The translations under genes were made by a program, and so were the position numbers. DNA of 50,929 nt from NCBI GenBank assembly GCA_041905125.1, contig JAYRLX010000001.1:1-50929 (forward strand), in the 5' to 3' direction. Within the stretch, counting starts at the first letter, position 1. Each line of letters opens with the position of its first letter. Shown piece after piece: positions 1 to 8,265 of the stretch. Origin of the DNA: Caulobacter sp. Its GTDB lineage: Bacteria; Pseudomonadota; Alphaproteobacteria; Caulobacterales; Caulobacteraceae. The notes below the pieces were generated by a model that was given only the letters and a program-made list of their open reading frames with translations, did not search any database and was not told the DNA's origin.

Positions 1-1
1 C

Positions 2-3000
2 CGGATCTCGGGCGCGTGGGTGGACCTGGGCTCCTTCGGCGGCGACGCAGGGCGCAGCGCATACCAGGTCGCCGTGGCCAATGGGTTCACCGGCACCGAG
101 GCCGACTACGGCAATCTGCCGATCACCAAGGCCGCGATCGCTCAGACCGCCGCGAGCAACGCGGACGCCAAGGCCGCCCTCGCTGATGCGAAGGCCGGCG
201 TCGCTCAAACCGCCGCCGACAACGCCGACACTAAGGCCGCCTTGGCCAGCACTAAGGCCGGCATCGCCCAGGCCGCTGCGGACGCCGCGAACCAGGCCCG
301 CGACAGCGCGGTGTTCAAGGCCGTGTACGCGACCCGCGACGCCCTCTACGCCGACCTTGCGCATCCCGCGCCGTGCTTCGGTGTCGTCTATGACGATCCG
401 ACCGCCGCGTACAACGGCACCTATTCGAAGGCGGGCGCGTCCGGCGTGGGCGGCTGGACCAAGCTCGACACGTCGGGCGGTCTGAACTTCCAGCAATTGC
501 CGATCGAAACCGGCTACGTCATGGCCCTGGTCGACAACGTCGGCCGCGCCGCCATGATGATCACGGCGGCCGGCGAGGTCGCCTGGGTCAAGCTGGTCAA
601 CCAGTCGATCAAGACGGCGGCCCTCCAGGATCTGGCGGTCACTCGGCTGAAGATCGCTGACGGCGCCGTCGACCTGACCAAGCTGGACGCGGCCTTCAGC
701 GGCTTCATTCCCCAGGCGATGGACCCGACGATCACCGGCGGGATCGTCTGGGCGCTCACGGATATCAACGGCCGCTACGCCATGGCCGTACAGCAGGACG
801 GCAGCGTGCTGCTGCCCAAGTTCGTCTTCCCGGCCGGTTCGGTGACCCGCGCCAAACTCGACCAGACCGACGTCGCACCTTTTGTCCCGCAGTACCTGGA
901 CCCGGCGATCACCGGCTTCGTTTGGGCCCTGACTGATCCAAACGGGCGCTACGCCTTGGCGGTGGCCGCCGACGGGTCGATCTCGATGCCGAAGTTCAGC
1001 CTGCCAGGCAATTCGGTTACGCGAGCGAAGCTCGACCAGTCGGACATTGTGCCGTTCTTGGGCCAGTACCTGGACCCGGCGATCACGGGTTTCGTGTGGG
1101 CGCTCTCGGACCCGAACGGCCGGTATGCCGTCGCGGTGAAGCAAGACGGCACTGTGATCGCTCCCAAGCTGTCGATCCCGGCCGGAACGATCACCGAGGC
1201 TATGCTGGCCGTCGCCCTGGCCGGGAAGCTGCCGGCGACGCTCTCCAGCGAGAGCGGCTACGTCTACGCGATCACGGATAGCGCGGGCCGCATAGGTCTC
1301 GGGATCAAGGCCGACGGCACGATCGTCGGCAAGATCCAGAACGCGCTGACCGACGGCTCGGTTACGACCGTGAAGCTGGCTGACCAGGCGGTGACGGAAG
1401 CCAAGTTCGAAAAGCAGCTGCAGCGGACCATGGTCCCGCACGTCCAGGACGTGGTCCAGGTCATGCCTGATCTGTGGCGCGCGGACTTCGGGGACATCGG
1501 CCTGCGAACGGCCGTTGACGGCTCGTTCTGGGAGACCATGCCTAACTCGCCAACGCGTAACTTGCGCGGCGTGAACAGCTCGGGCACGGCGATCCAGTTT
1601 CGCCGAACCGAGGGTCTACCTTTCAGGGGCAAGCGCTATGTCGGGGCGTTTGACCCAGGCGCGGTGGCGTCGATGCGCGAGCGCGGCACACTGGCCGCTG
1701 GGAGCGCCTATCCGCCGGCGCCTACGAGCCCGATCGCGGGCGACTACTATCACTTCCGCGACACGGCAGGTGCGACGCTGGGCGGTATCGGCTTCATTGT
1801 CGGCGATCTGTCTGTTTACGACGGCTCGGCTTGGAGCAAGCAAACCGCGCCGACATCGGCCGGAGGAACCTACGCAACGCGCCAGCCCGGCGACTGGTGG
1901 CTCGTCTCGGCCGCCGGCACCTTCGATGGCGTCACCTATGCCGTCGGCGACCGCATCGTCTATGTCGGCGGCCAGGCTGGTGGCGGCCCGGTTTACGCCC
2001 GCTGGTGCAAGGGCAACACGACCAAGGGCGAGCTGTTCTATCGCGGCGAGTTCGACCCAGCCGGTGGCGCGCCGTCGGCGCCGATCGACGGCGATGTCTG
2101 GCAGGCCTCGGCGGCCGGAACCGTGGCGGGCTTCACCCTGGCTATCGGCGACTACCTCGTCCGAGAGGGTGGCGTCTGGGGGCCGGTCTACAATGACACG
2201 ATCCGCGCTGTCGCTGCGGGCGCTTGGATCTCGCTGCCCTGTCGCGCCTCCGCTTCGGAGTGGGAGGCGCGGCGGACGGACAAGAGCGCCACGCGCGCCG
2301 CCGTGCTGCTCAAGACCCGCCGCCAGCAGTCACCGAAGTCGAGCCGCTACGACATCGTGATCTGGGGCGACAGCATGCCTGGCGCGGGCGGCTTCGGTAC
2401 GCTCCTCGCCCAGAAGCTCGGGCGCACCGTCGTGACGAACAGCTACGGCGGGGGCACCGACCGCGATGTGCTGTCGATGATGGAGTACGAGATCGCCCGC
2501 AATGGCGATCGTTATGCCGGTGCGCTGCATCTGTGCTGGTCAACCCAGAACAACACCCCGGAGTCGCCGCCGGGGATCAACGCCGCCATGGCCCGCGAGA
2601 CCAAACTGCGCCAGGCCGAGCTGATCGGCGCGCGCGACGGCCGCATCCTCTTCATGTCCGTGATGGGCACCCGGAACATGACGTGGACGGGCTCGCGGCT
2701 GAAGGCCGACCAGCTGGAGACGGCCTTTGCCGGCGCCGGGGCTCTGGTCGAACATGAGGACTGGCTGACCCGCATGTTCCCTGGTCAGTGGTGCTCACCG
2801 CGCCAGATCCTGCTCTCGGCCGCCGTGGGGCGGACCACGCTGGATCCGCAGTTCTCGGGATCGACTGAAGCACAGATCGCCGCGAGCTACGGGATCATCC
2901 CCTTCAGCTTCTACAGCTACAGCACGCCGCTACCCTACGCGGCGGCCCAGCTGAACTATGTCGGGACTTGGTCGACGGCCGGCCTGCCGACCGGCGGCGC

Positions 3001-3181
3001 AGACAAGGACTACTACATCCGCACCGCCAATCCCGGGGCGGGCCAGCGCGTCGGCGACCTGCTGATCAACGTCGCCGGCACATGGACCGAATGGGTCCAG
3101 GACACCGTCCACCCCAGCGCCCTCGGCGCTGATCCCTTGGCCACGGGCGTCGCGGCCAAGATCGACGCGAACTTCTACTAG
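2..3181 (+). CDS. Phage tail fibre/spike-like protein with C-terminal SGNH/GDSL hydrolase domain (5'-truncated)
   Basis: Frame is open from base 2. It has the SAYQVAVANGFTGTE motif common in phage tail proteins, an Ala-rich coil, internal repeats, SGNH block I (IVIWGDS) and a DxxH motif (DTVHPS) near the C-terminus. Confidence 0.78.
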   Translation, partial: RISGAWVDLGSFGGDAGRSAYQVAVANGFTGTEADYGNLPITKAAIAQTAASNADAKAALADAKAGVAQTAADNADTKAALASTKAGIAQAAADAANQARDSAVFKAVYATRDALYADLAHPAPCFGVVYDDPTAAYNGTYSKAGASGVGGWTKLDTSGGLNFQQLPIETGYVMALVDNVGRAAMMITAAGEVAWVKLVNQSIKTAALQDLAVTRLKIADGAVDLTKLDAAFSGFIPQAMDPTITGGIVWALTDINGRYAMAVQQDGSVLLPKFVFPAGSVTRAKLDQTDVAPFVPQYLDPAITGFVWALTDPNGRYALAVAADGSISMPKFSLPGNSVTRAKLDQSDIVPFLGQYLDPAITGFVWALSDPNGRYAVAVKQDGTVIAPKLSIPAGTITEAMLAVALAGKLPATLSSESGYVYAITDSAGRIGLGIKADGTIVGKIQNALTDGSVTTVKLADQAVTEAKFEKQLQRTMVPHVQDVVQVMPDLWRADFGDIGLRTAVDGSFWETMPNSPTRNLRGVNSSGTAIQFRRTEGLPFRGKRYVGAFDPGAVASMRERGTLAAGSAYPPAPTSPIAGDYYHFRDTAGATLGGIGFIVGDLSVYDGSAWSKQTAPTSAGGTYATRQPGDWWLVSAAGTFDGVTYAVGDRIVYVGGQAGGGPVYARWCKGNTTKGELFYRGEFDPAGGAPSAPIDGDVWQASAAGTVAGFTLAIGDYLVREGGVWGPVYNDTIRAVAAGAWISLPCRASASEWEARRTDKSATRAAVLLKTRRQQSPKSSRYDIVIWGDSMPGAGGFGTLLAQKLGRTVVTNSYGGGTDRDVLSMMEYEIARNGDRYAGALHLCWSTQNNTPESPPGINAAMARETKLRQAELIGARDGRILFMSVMGTRNMTWTGSRLKADQLETAFAGAGALVEHEDWLTRMFPGQWCSPRQILLSAAVGRTTLDPQFSGSTEAQIAASYGIIPFSFYSYSTPLPYAAAQLNYVGTWSTAGLPTGGADKDYYIRTANPGAGQRVGDLLINVAGTWTEWVQDTVHPSALGADPLATGVAAKIDANFY
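500..1410 (+). repeat. About five tandem ~58-aa coding repeats inside the tail protein
   Basis: Units such as DPAITGFVWALTDPNGRYALAVAADG and DPAITGFVWALSDPNGRYAVAVKQDG. DNA cagtacctggacccggcgatcac occurs at 890 and 1064 (174-nt period). Confidence 0.85.
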
Positions 3182-3192
3182 GAGCAGGACCC

Positions 3193-4089
3193 ATGGGTCA
3201 GAAAGTCGTTCTCAGCGAGGCGTTCACCGACACCTCGCTCCCCATCCTCTATGACGATGCCATGCAGGCGGCTGGCACGCTGGCGATCTTGGATTTCGGC
3301 CACAGCCTGGGCGGGTTCGCTGGCGTGCCGGTCGACGGCTCACAACTTCCGAACGTGGCTTGGAAGTCGGCCAACCAGCTGGTGGCGGGCGCGCCGGGAC
3401 AAGCGGCCCTCGCGCTCAATTTCCAGACCAACCAAGCGGCTGGTGTGGCCAGTGTTCCGATTAAGGAGCGCACGCCGAAGAAGGGCTTGAACATCATCTA
3501 TTCGCAGGCGAATGACATTGCGAACAACTGGAATCGCGTCCAGATCCCGCAAGCGATCTTCGACTACATGGTCGCCAACATCGGCCACGCCTTCTACTGG
3601 TCCGTCTGGCATCGGGTAACGCGATCGGGTGTCCAGGGCGCGCCCTATGGCGGCTTCATGAACTTCGGCGTGGACACCGCCAACACCCTGATGGTGGCGG
3701 AGTACAAGAGCGGCGGCGCGATCTCCGGAGGCATCACGCCCAACCAAGGGAACGTAAAGCGCCTCGGCGCTGACGCTACGCCGGCCAACAGCTATAACAC
3801 CGTCGCCAACCAGCTCATCCAAGCGGCGGTCCAGGGGGTGACGGGTTCGATTGGCAGCTGGGATCGGTCGCGAGCCCTGCCTTACTTCTGGGGCCATGGC
3901 GCCGCCTTCAGCAACTTACACATCGCTCACTCGGGCATCCTGTATCGACTGACCCTGGAAGACCTTACGGTCTCCGGCCGGACCTACGCTCAGGCTGCCG
4001 CCATCGATCAGGCGCTCTGGGCAGCGGCCTTCGCTGCTGGCGGAAAGTTCTACGGCGACACGTACACCGATGTGACGAGCTATCCCTGA
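3193..4089 (+). CDS. Hypothetical phage protein (tail-associated)
   Basis: 298-aa ORF with RBS (ggagcagga) directly after the tail gene; no family recognised. Confidence 0.75.
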   Translation: MGQKVVLSEAFTDTSLPILYDDAMQAAGTLAILDFGHSLGGFAGVPVDGSQLPNVAWKSANQLVAGAPGQAALALNFQTNQAAGVASVPIKERTPKKGLNIIYSQANDIANNWNRVQIPQAIFDYMVANIGHAFYWSVWHRVTRSGVQGAPYGGFMNFGVDTANTLMVAEYKSGGAISGGITPNQGNVKRLGADATPANSYNTVANQLIQAAVQGVTGSIGSWDRSRALPYFWGHGAAFSNLHIAHSGILYRLTLEDLTVSGRTYAQAAAIDQALWAAAFAAGGKFYGDTYTDVTSYP

Positions 4090-4119
4090 TGCACAAGCTC
4101 GTTGGCTTGGCGTGGTGGA

Positions 4120-4155
4120 TTGGTCTTCCGCAAAGTAGGGGCTATCTTCTTGCGG
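4120..4155 (+). promoter_or_regulatory. Putative sigma70-type promoter with inverted repeat for the TA pair
   Basis: TTGGTC (4120-4125) and GCTATCTT (4141-4148). The ccgcaa/ttgcgg inverted repeat (4128-4133, 4150-4155) flanks the -10. Confidence 0.4.
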
Positions 4156-4157
4156 CC

Positions 4158-4667
4158 ATGGATCTTCCCGTCACCCTGCTCGAACAACTCAAAGGCCCTC
4201 CGCCTGTCGTTCAGGAGCTCAAGGCTGAAATGCCGGCGAGCTTCGTCGCGGCTGCAGACGAGGCTGATCGCGTCACGGACGCCTGGATCGAGCGGGGAAA
4301 GGTTGCTCGCAGCGCGCTGAAGGATTGGCGTGCGGAGATAGGGGATCAAGCGTTCGTGCCACAGGCTGAACAGCTGGTCGCCTTTCTAGAGCAGCGCGCC
4401 GAGGAGTTCGCCGCGCAGGGCGCACGGGCGGAAAAGGCCTATCGGCGAGATATCAAAAGAGCGTTTCAGATTTCGCCTGCAGCTGGGGTTCAGCACCGGC
4501 AGCTCGCGGAGCGCTTGATGGCCGCAGCGAAGCGAAATCTGGAAGAGCAGCTCGACTTTGCGCTGTTTATGAGAGCGCAGCTGGCAGAGGCGCGCAGCGC
4601 TGAAATTGTCGCGACGTTCGAGGATCCCGATGAGTTGGCGGCTTTCTTGGACAGGCTGACGGCTTGA
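4158..4667 (+). CDS. Putative antitoxin (helical protein with RelB/DinJ-like C-terminal motif)
   Basis: Immediately upstream of and overlapping (TTGA) a RelE-like gene. The C-terminus AEARSAEIVATFEDPDELAAFLDRL resembles antitoxin toxin-binding tails. An alternative start exists at 4089. Confidence 0.6.
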   Translation: MDLPVTLLEQLKGPPPVVQELKAEMPASFVAAADEADRVTDAWIERGKVARSALKDWRAEIGDQAFVPQAEQLVAFLEQRAEEFAAQGARAEKAYRRDIKRAFQISPAAGVQHRQLAERLMAAAKRNLEEQLDFALFMRAQLAEARSAEIVATFEDPDELAAFLDRLTA

Positions 4668-4942
4668 CCATTAAAGTCTCCATCGTCGGGTCTTTCGTCG
4701 ACGAATTGGGCAAGCTCCCGCCCCATCGGAAACGCGCGGCAGGCGCGGCCCTGCAGAAATTTGCTCGGGAGCCCGCGCTGCCGAGTCTGCGGTTCAGGGT
4801 CTTGGCCGGTACGGATGACCTGTTCATCATCAGTGCCGGCCAGGGCGATCGCATCATCCTCAAGCGTATTGAAGATGACCACTACAGCGCTATCGATGTC
4901 GGCCCCCACGACAACGTCTATAGGCGCTGGAACCGCCGCTAG
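4664..4942 (+). CDS. RelE/YafQ-superfamily toxin
   Basis: 92 aa with SFVDELGKL...LQKFAREPALPSLRFRVL...DRIIL...DVGPHDNVY, the typical RelE/ParE fold pattern. Confidence 0.75.
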   Translation: MTIKVSIVGSFVDELGKLPPHRKRAAGAALQKFAREPALPSLRFRVLAGTDDLFIISAGQGDRIILKRIEDDHYSAIDVGPHDNVYRRWNRR

Positions 4943-5955
4943 GGCAGTAAGCTTATCCGGTTGGCGAGTAGATCGGCGGCGGTCCGGCAGCTCGGCAGCG
5001 TCTCGGATTCGGGCAAAATTGCCATGCCGCCGAGAGCGTCTCCGAGCATGTAGATGAGCAGCTGCAGCTTCATATTCTTTCCGCCCGGCGGCACGAATTG
5101 CTGTTCGACCCAGCGCCTCATCACCTCAATGTTGCCGAAGCACCGAACCTCCATGTGAAAAGGTGGGCCAGGCTTCTCCTCGCCAGAAAGGAGAAGGCCA
5201 AATTGACCGGGAGGCGCGAGGCGCGAAACGTGGTGCTCGATGCGTGTCGCAAGCCAAAGTGTGTCGAACATGTCGAGGTCGATCATCGGGAGCGACATGC
5301 CATTGCCTTGCCGCCGGCTCGCTTGAACAATGGCGATGCCGTAATTGAAACCGCTGAAGGGCTGGTCTTCAGGGATAGGGAAGCCCAGGCGGCCGAAGCG
5401 CTCAGCGAGATAGTCATTGAGCCAGGCCTGGATCGCAGCCTCGTCCAAACTACCGCCGGCGTCGGCTACTGCGGTTAGCACCGCTAAGAAGTCCCGCAGG
5501 CCGGCGCCGATATTCGCGAGCCTCACCACGACTGCCTCTGGCAGCGTCGCGAAAAGCACGGCGACGCCCGCTGAGTGCTTCTCGCCTAGAGCCTTATGAA
5601 CCTCCGCCCGCGCGTCAGCGGTCGAAACGATGGAAAGCGCAACGATCGTTTTGAAGTCATGTGCGACGGCGGAGAATTCCCTTAGGGCATTCTTGCCCTT
5701 GAGGACTTGTCCGCGCCGCCACCTGCCGATCCATGTCTTGGCTTGCCTGAGGTTGTGCTGGTTCGCTTTGGCGTAGGAGCGTGTCAGGCTGGTGCACCAA
5801 AAGAGCACCGCGATGTCCCCACACAGCCAAGCCAAGTCGCATGGCTCGTCGTTCCCGTAGTTTTCGGGCGTGAAGAGGAAGTCGGAGCCAAGGCTGAACT
5901 CCGACATGGCATGAAGGATCTCTTCTTGAGTGCTGGCGAACTTCTTCCCGGCCAT
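4939..5955 (-). CDS. Hypothetical protein with NERD/PD-(D/E)XK-like N-terminal domain
   Basis: 338-aa ORF on the strand opposite the phage genes. N-terminal FLFTPE...EPCDLAWLCGDIAVLF...NLRQAK resembles NERD-like nucleases, but the (D/E)xK position reads WCT. Confidence 0.6.
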   Translation of the reverse strand: MAGKKFASTQEEILHAMSEFSLGSDFLFTPENYGNDEPCDLAWLCGDIAVLFWCTSLTRSYAKANQHNLRQAKTWIGRWRRGQVLKGKNALREFSAVAHDFKTIVALSIVSTADARAEVHKALGEKHSAGVAVLFATLPEAVVVRLANIGAGLRDFLAVLTAVADAGGSLDEAAIQAWLNDYLAERFGRLGFPIPEDQPFSGFNYGIAIVQASRRQGNGMSLPMIDLDMFDTLWLATRIEHHVSRLAPPGQFGLLLSGEEKPGPPFHMEVRCFGNIEVMRRWVEQQFVPPGGKNMKLQLLIYMLGDALGGMAILPESETLPSCRTAADLLANRISLLP

Positions 5956-6085
5956 TCCCTGTCCCTGACCAGCGAGCCGAGACGGCGCGCGTAGCGGCAG
6001 CTAAGCCTTAACCACGCGCGGGAGTCGAGCCCGCCGCACGCCGCCGTGCGAACGGCAATCGCATCTCAAACAATCGGGGGTCCAC

Positions 6086-6445
6086 ATGGACAAGAACCGC
6101 CTGCTGGGCGGCGTGGTCACGGCTGTGATCGTGTTTCTGCTCACTCTGCCCGAGCTGGTGGGCGTGCTGCTCGCCGAACCGCCGCCGACCACGCGAAAGG
6201 CCTGGCGCTCGGTCATCGAAGCGGTCGCGTCGATGGGCGTGGCCTTCGCCGTCGGGATCCTGTGCGCCAACTGGTCGGCCGGGGTCATGACCGCGGTGAT
6301 CCAGCACTTCCTCCACATCGAGCTGAAGGTCGATCCGCTCGCCACGGGGGTGGCGCTGGCGGTGCTGGTCATGCGCCTTGGCCCGACGATCGTCGCCCAG
6401 CTGGAGAAGCGCGCCAGCCGCAAGATCGACGAGGTGCTGCCGTGA
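6086..6445 (+). CDS. Putative holin (multi-TM membrane protein)
   Basis: 119 aa, three hydrophobic segments, charged C-terminus, upstream of the endolysin. Confidence 0.65.
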   Translation: MDKNRLLGGVVTAVIVFLLTLPELVGVLLAEPPPTTRKAWRSVIEAVASMGVAFAVGILCANWSAGVMTAVIQHFLHIELKVDPLATGVALAVLVMRLGPTIVAQLEKRASRKIDEVLP

Positions 6446-6729
6446 GCGCCCTCGCCATCCTCGACCTCTCCCTGCTCTGGGCAGCGGCCTACGCCTTCCA
6501 CTGGCGCGGTCATCTGCTGGGCCGGCGCGCGGAGGGATGGCCCCAGGCGCCGCGCAGCGTTCGTCGCGCTCTCGACCTGGCGGCCGGCGGGTGCTTCCTC
6601 GCGGGCCTCGCCGTCCTGATCTTCCGGGCCGCGCCGAACCTGGCGCACTTGGCCGTCGATACCTCGATCGCCGTCTACGCGATCGTCATGGCGATCAACG
6701 TCGCCCGCCAGCGCGCCACGCGCGGCTGA
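6442..6729 (+). CDS. Second small membrane protein of lysis cassette (holin/antiholin candidate)
   Basis: GTG start overlapping the previous stop (GTGA). 95 aa, MSALAILDLSLLWAAAYAFHW..., about three TM segments. Confidence 0.6.
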   Translation: MSALAILDLSLLWAAAYAFHWRGHLLGRRAEGWPQAPRSVRRALDLAAGGCFLAGLAVLIFRAAPNLAHLAVDTSIAVYAIVMAINVARQRATRG

Positions 6730-6788
6730 CCAACACGCGAACCCGGTTCGCGTCTCTCCCGAAAACCTGAACCTTGAGGAGGCAGGCC

Positions 6789-7253
6789 ATGAAGCCGAGC
6801 CCGCGATGCATCGCGTTCATCAAGAGCTTCGAGAAGTGCAAGCTCGTCGCCTACATGCCGACCAAGAACGATCGGCCGACCCTGGGCTGGGGATCGACCG
6901 GCCGGGACATCAAGATGGGTATGACGTGGACCCAGGAGCAGGCCGACGCCCGCTTTGACCGCGACCTGGCCATGTTCGCCGCTGGCGTCGAGCACTTGAT
7001 CGGTGGCGCGCCGACGAACCAGGCGCAGTTCGACGCCATGGTCTCGTTCGCCTACAACGTTGGCCTCGATGACGACGCGGACGACATCGCCGAAGGCTTC
7101 GGCGACAGCACGCTGCTGAAGAAGCACAAGGCCGGCGACTTCAAGGGCGCGGCCGACCAGTTCAAGTTCTGGAACAAGCAGAAAGGCGTCGTCCTCGCCG
7201 GCCTGACCCGGCGCCGTGGCGCCGAGGCCGCCATGTATCGGGGCGAGCTGTGA
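6789..7253 (+). CDS. Phage endolysin, GH24 lysozyme
   Basis: FIKSFEKCKLVAY...PTLGWGST, NQAQFDAMVSFAYNVG and GLTRRRGAE motifs. RBS gaggagg. Confidence 0.92.
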   Translation: MKPSPRCIAFIKSFEKCKLVAYMPTKNDRPTLGWGSTGRDIKMGMTWTQEQADARFDRDLAMFAAGVEHLIGGAPTNQAQFDAMVSFAYNVGLDDDADDIAEGFGDSTLLKKHKAGDFKGAADQFKFWNKQKGVVLAGLTRRRGAEAAMYRGEL

Positions 7254-7852
7254 GCGTCCTGGCCGCCTGGGCCATCCGTGCGGGCGGGTGGCTGAAGGCC
7301 TTCGCCAAGACCCGCCTCGGCCGCGCGGTGCTCGCGGTCCTGTTCCTCACCCTCCTGGTCGCGCTGGCCTGTCGCCTGAGCTACGGCGCCGGCGTGAACC
7401 ACGAAAAGGCCGCCGAGGGCAAGCGCCGCGCGGCGGCGGCCAAGGTCGTGCAGCGCGTGGCGGCCAAGGGGCGCGAGATCTCGGCCGCCGTCTCGCGCCA
7501 GCTCGACGCGCGGAAAGTCGAGATCCGCACCGTCACCCACACCCTGACGAAGGAGGTCCCCGTCTATGTCCCTGTCCAAAGCGATCTGGCTTGCACTGTG
7601 CCTGTCGGCTTTGTGCGCCTGCACGACGCCGCAGCCCATGGCTCCACCCTTCCCGCCGCCCCCGACGGACCTGTCGAAACCCCTTCCGGAGTTCCGCTCT
7701 CTGCCGTCGCCGAGACGGTCGCCGCCAACTACGGCGTCGCCCTCGAATGGCGGGCTGAGGCCCTAGCCTGGCGCGAGTGGTACGCGCGCCAGGCCGACCT
7801 CTGGAAGAAGAACATCAGGCCGCCGGATCCGGCGTCTGACCGCTCGCCCTAG
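7250..7852 (+). CDS. Rz: Rz-like inner-membrane spanin
   Basis: N-terminal TM, coiled periplasmic part, CTVPVGFVRLHDAAA motif. Follows the endolysin with a GTGA overlap. Confidence 0.8.
   Translation: MSVLAAWAIRAGGWLKAFAKTRLGRAVLAVLFLTLLVALACRLSYGAGVNHEKAAEGKRRAAAAKVVQRVAAKGREISAAVSRQLDARKVEIRTVTHTLTKEVPVYVPVQSDLACTVPVGFVRLHDAAAHGSTLPAAPDGPVETPSGVPLSAVAETVAANYGVALEWRAEALAWREWYARQADLWKKNIRPPDPASDRSP
7566..7766 (+). CDS. Rz1: Rz1-like outer-membrane lipoprotein spanin, embedded in Rz (+1 frame)
   Basis: Signal peptide with lipobox LCAC, Pro-rich mature part, upstream aggagg RBS, nested in the +1 frame. Confidence 0.8.
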   Translation: MSLSKAIWLALCLSALCACTTPQPMAPPFPPPPTDLSKPLPEFRSLPSPRRSPPTTASPSNGGLRP

Positions 7853-7879
7853 GAGGCGGAGCGACCGACCAATCGGCCG

Positions 7880-8242
7880 CTACTCATGCGGTTCCGCCAT
7901 GGCTTCAAGCATCAGGGCGGGATCGTGGGCGACTGCCTTCCAAAGCAGCTCGCTGAGTAGCCGCTGGTACATCGAGAGCTCTGACCTGGCGGCCGACGTC
8001 TTGATGGCCGCTTGCAGGGTTCTTCGAGCCTCTGCCGCGTCGAGATCCCCGCCGCGCAAGCTGACCAGCTTGTCCATCTCGATCGCGGCATGCGCCGCCG
8101 TCATGACGGTCGGTGCGACGTCCTGTCGGGCGACCTCAGCCGCCATCCAGACTTCGCCCGCGCCCAGCTCGACAAGCCGGAAGCCCAAGGCGTCGACGCC
8201 GAGGCGCACCCGTTCCTTCCAGATATCCTTCGGTTCGCTCAT
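7880..8242 (-). CDS. Hypothetical protein
   Basis: 120-aa ORF with gaggag RBS; second gene of a leftward pair. Confidence 0.6.
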   Translation of the reverse strand: MSEPKDIWKERVRLGVDALGFRLVELGAGEVWMAAEVARQDVAPTVMTAAHAAIEMDKLVSLRGGDLDAAEARRTLQAAIKTSAARSELSMYQRLLSELLWKAVAHDPALMLEAMAEPHE

Positions 8243-8265
8243 GCCTTGCTCCTCAGAGTGAGAGC

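Noticed and set aside
500..4089. Diversity-generating retroelement or invertible tail cassette
   Set aside because: Repeats are in-frame coding tandem units without adenine-specific differences; no reverse transcriptase or invertase is in the window.
6001..6015. CtrA site upstream of the lysis genes
   Set aside because: Only a lone TTAACC half-site; too weak to call.
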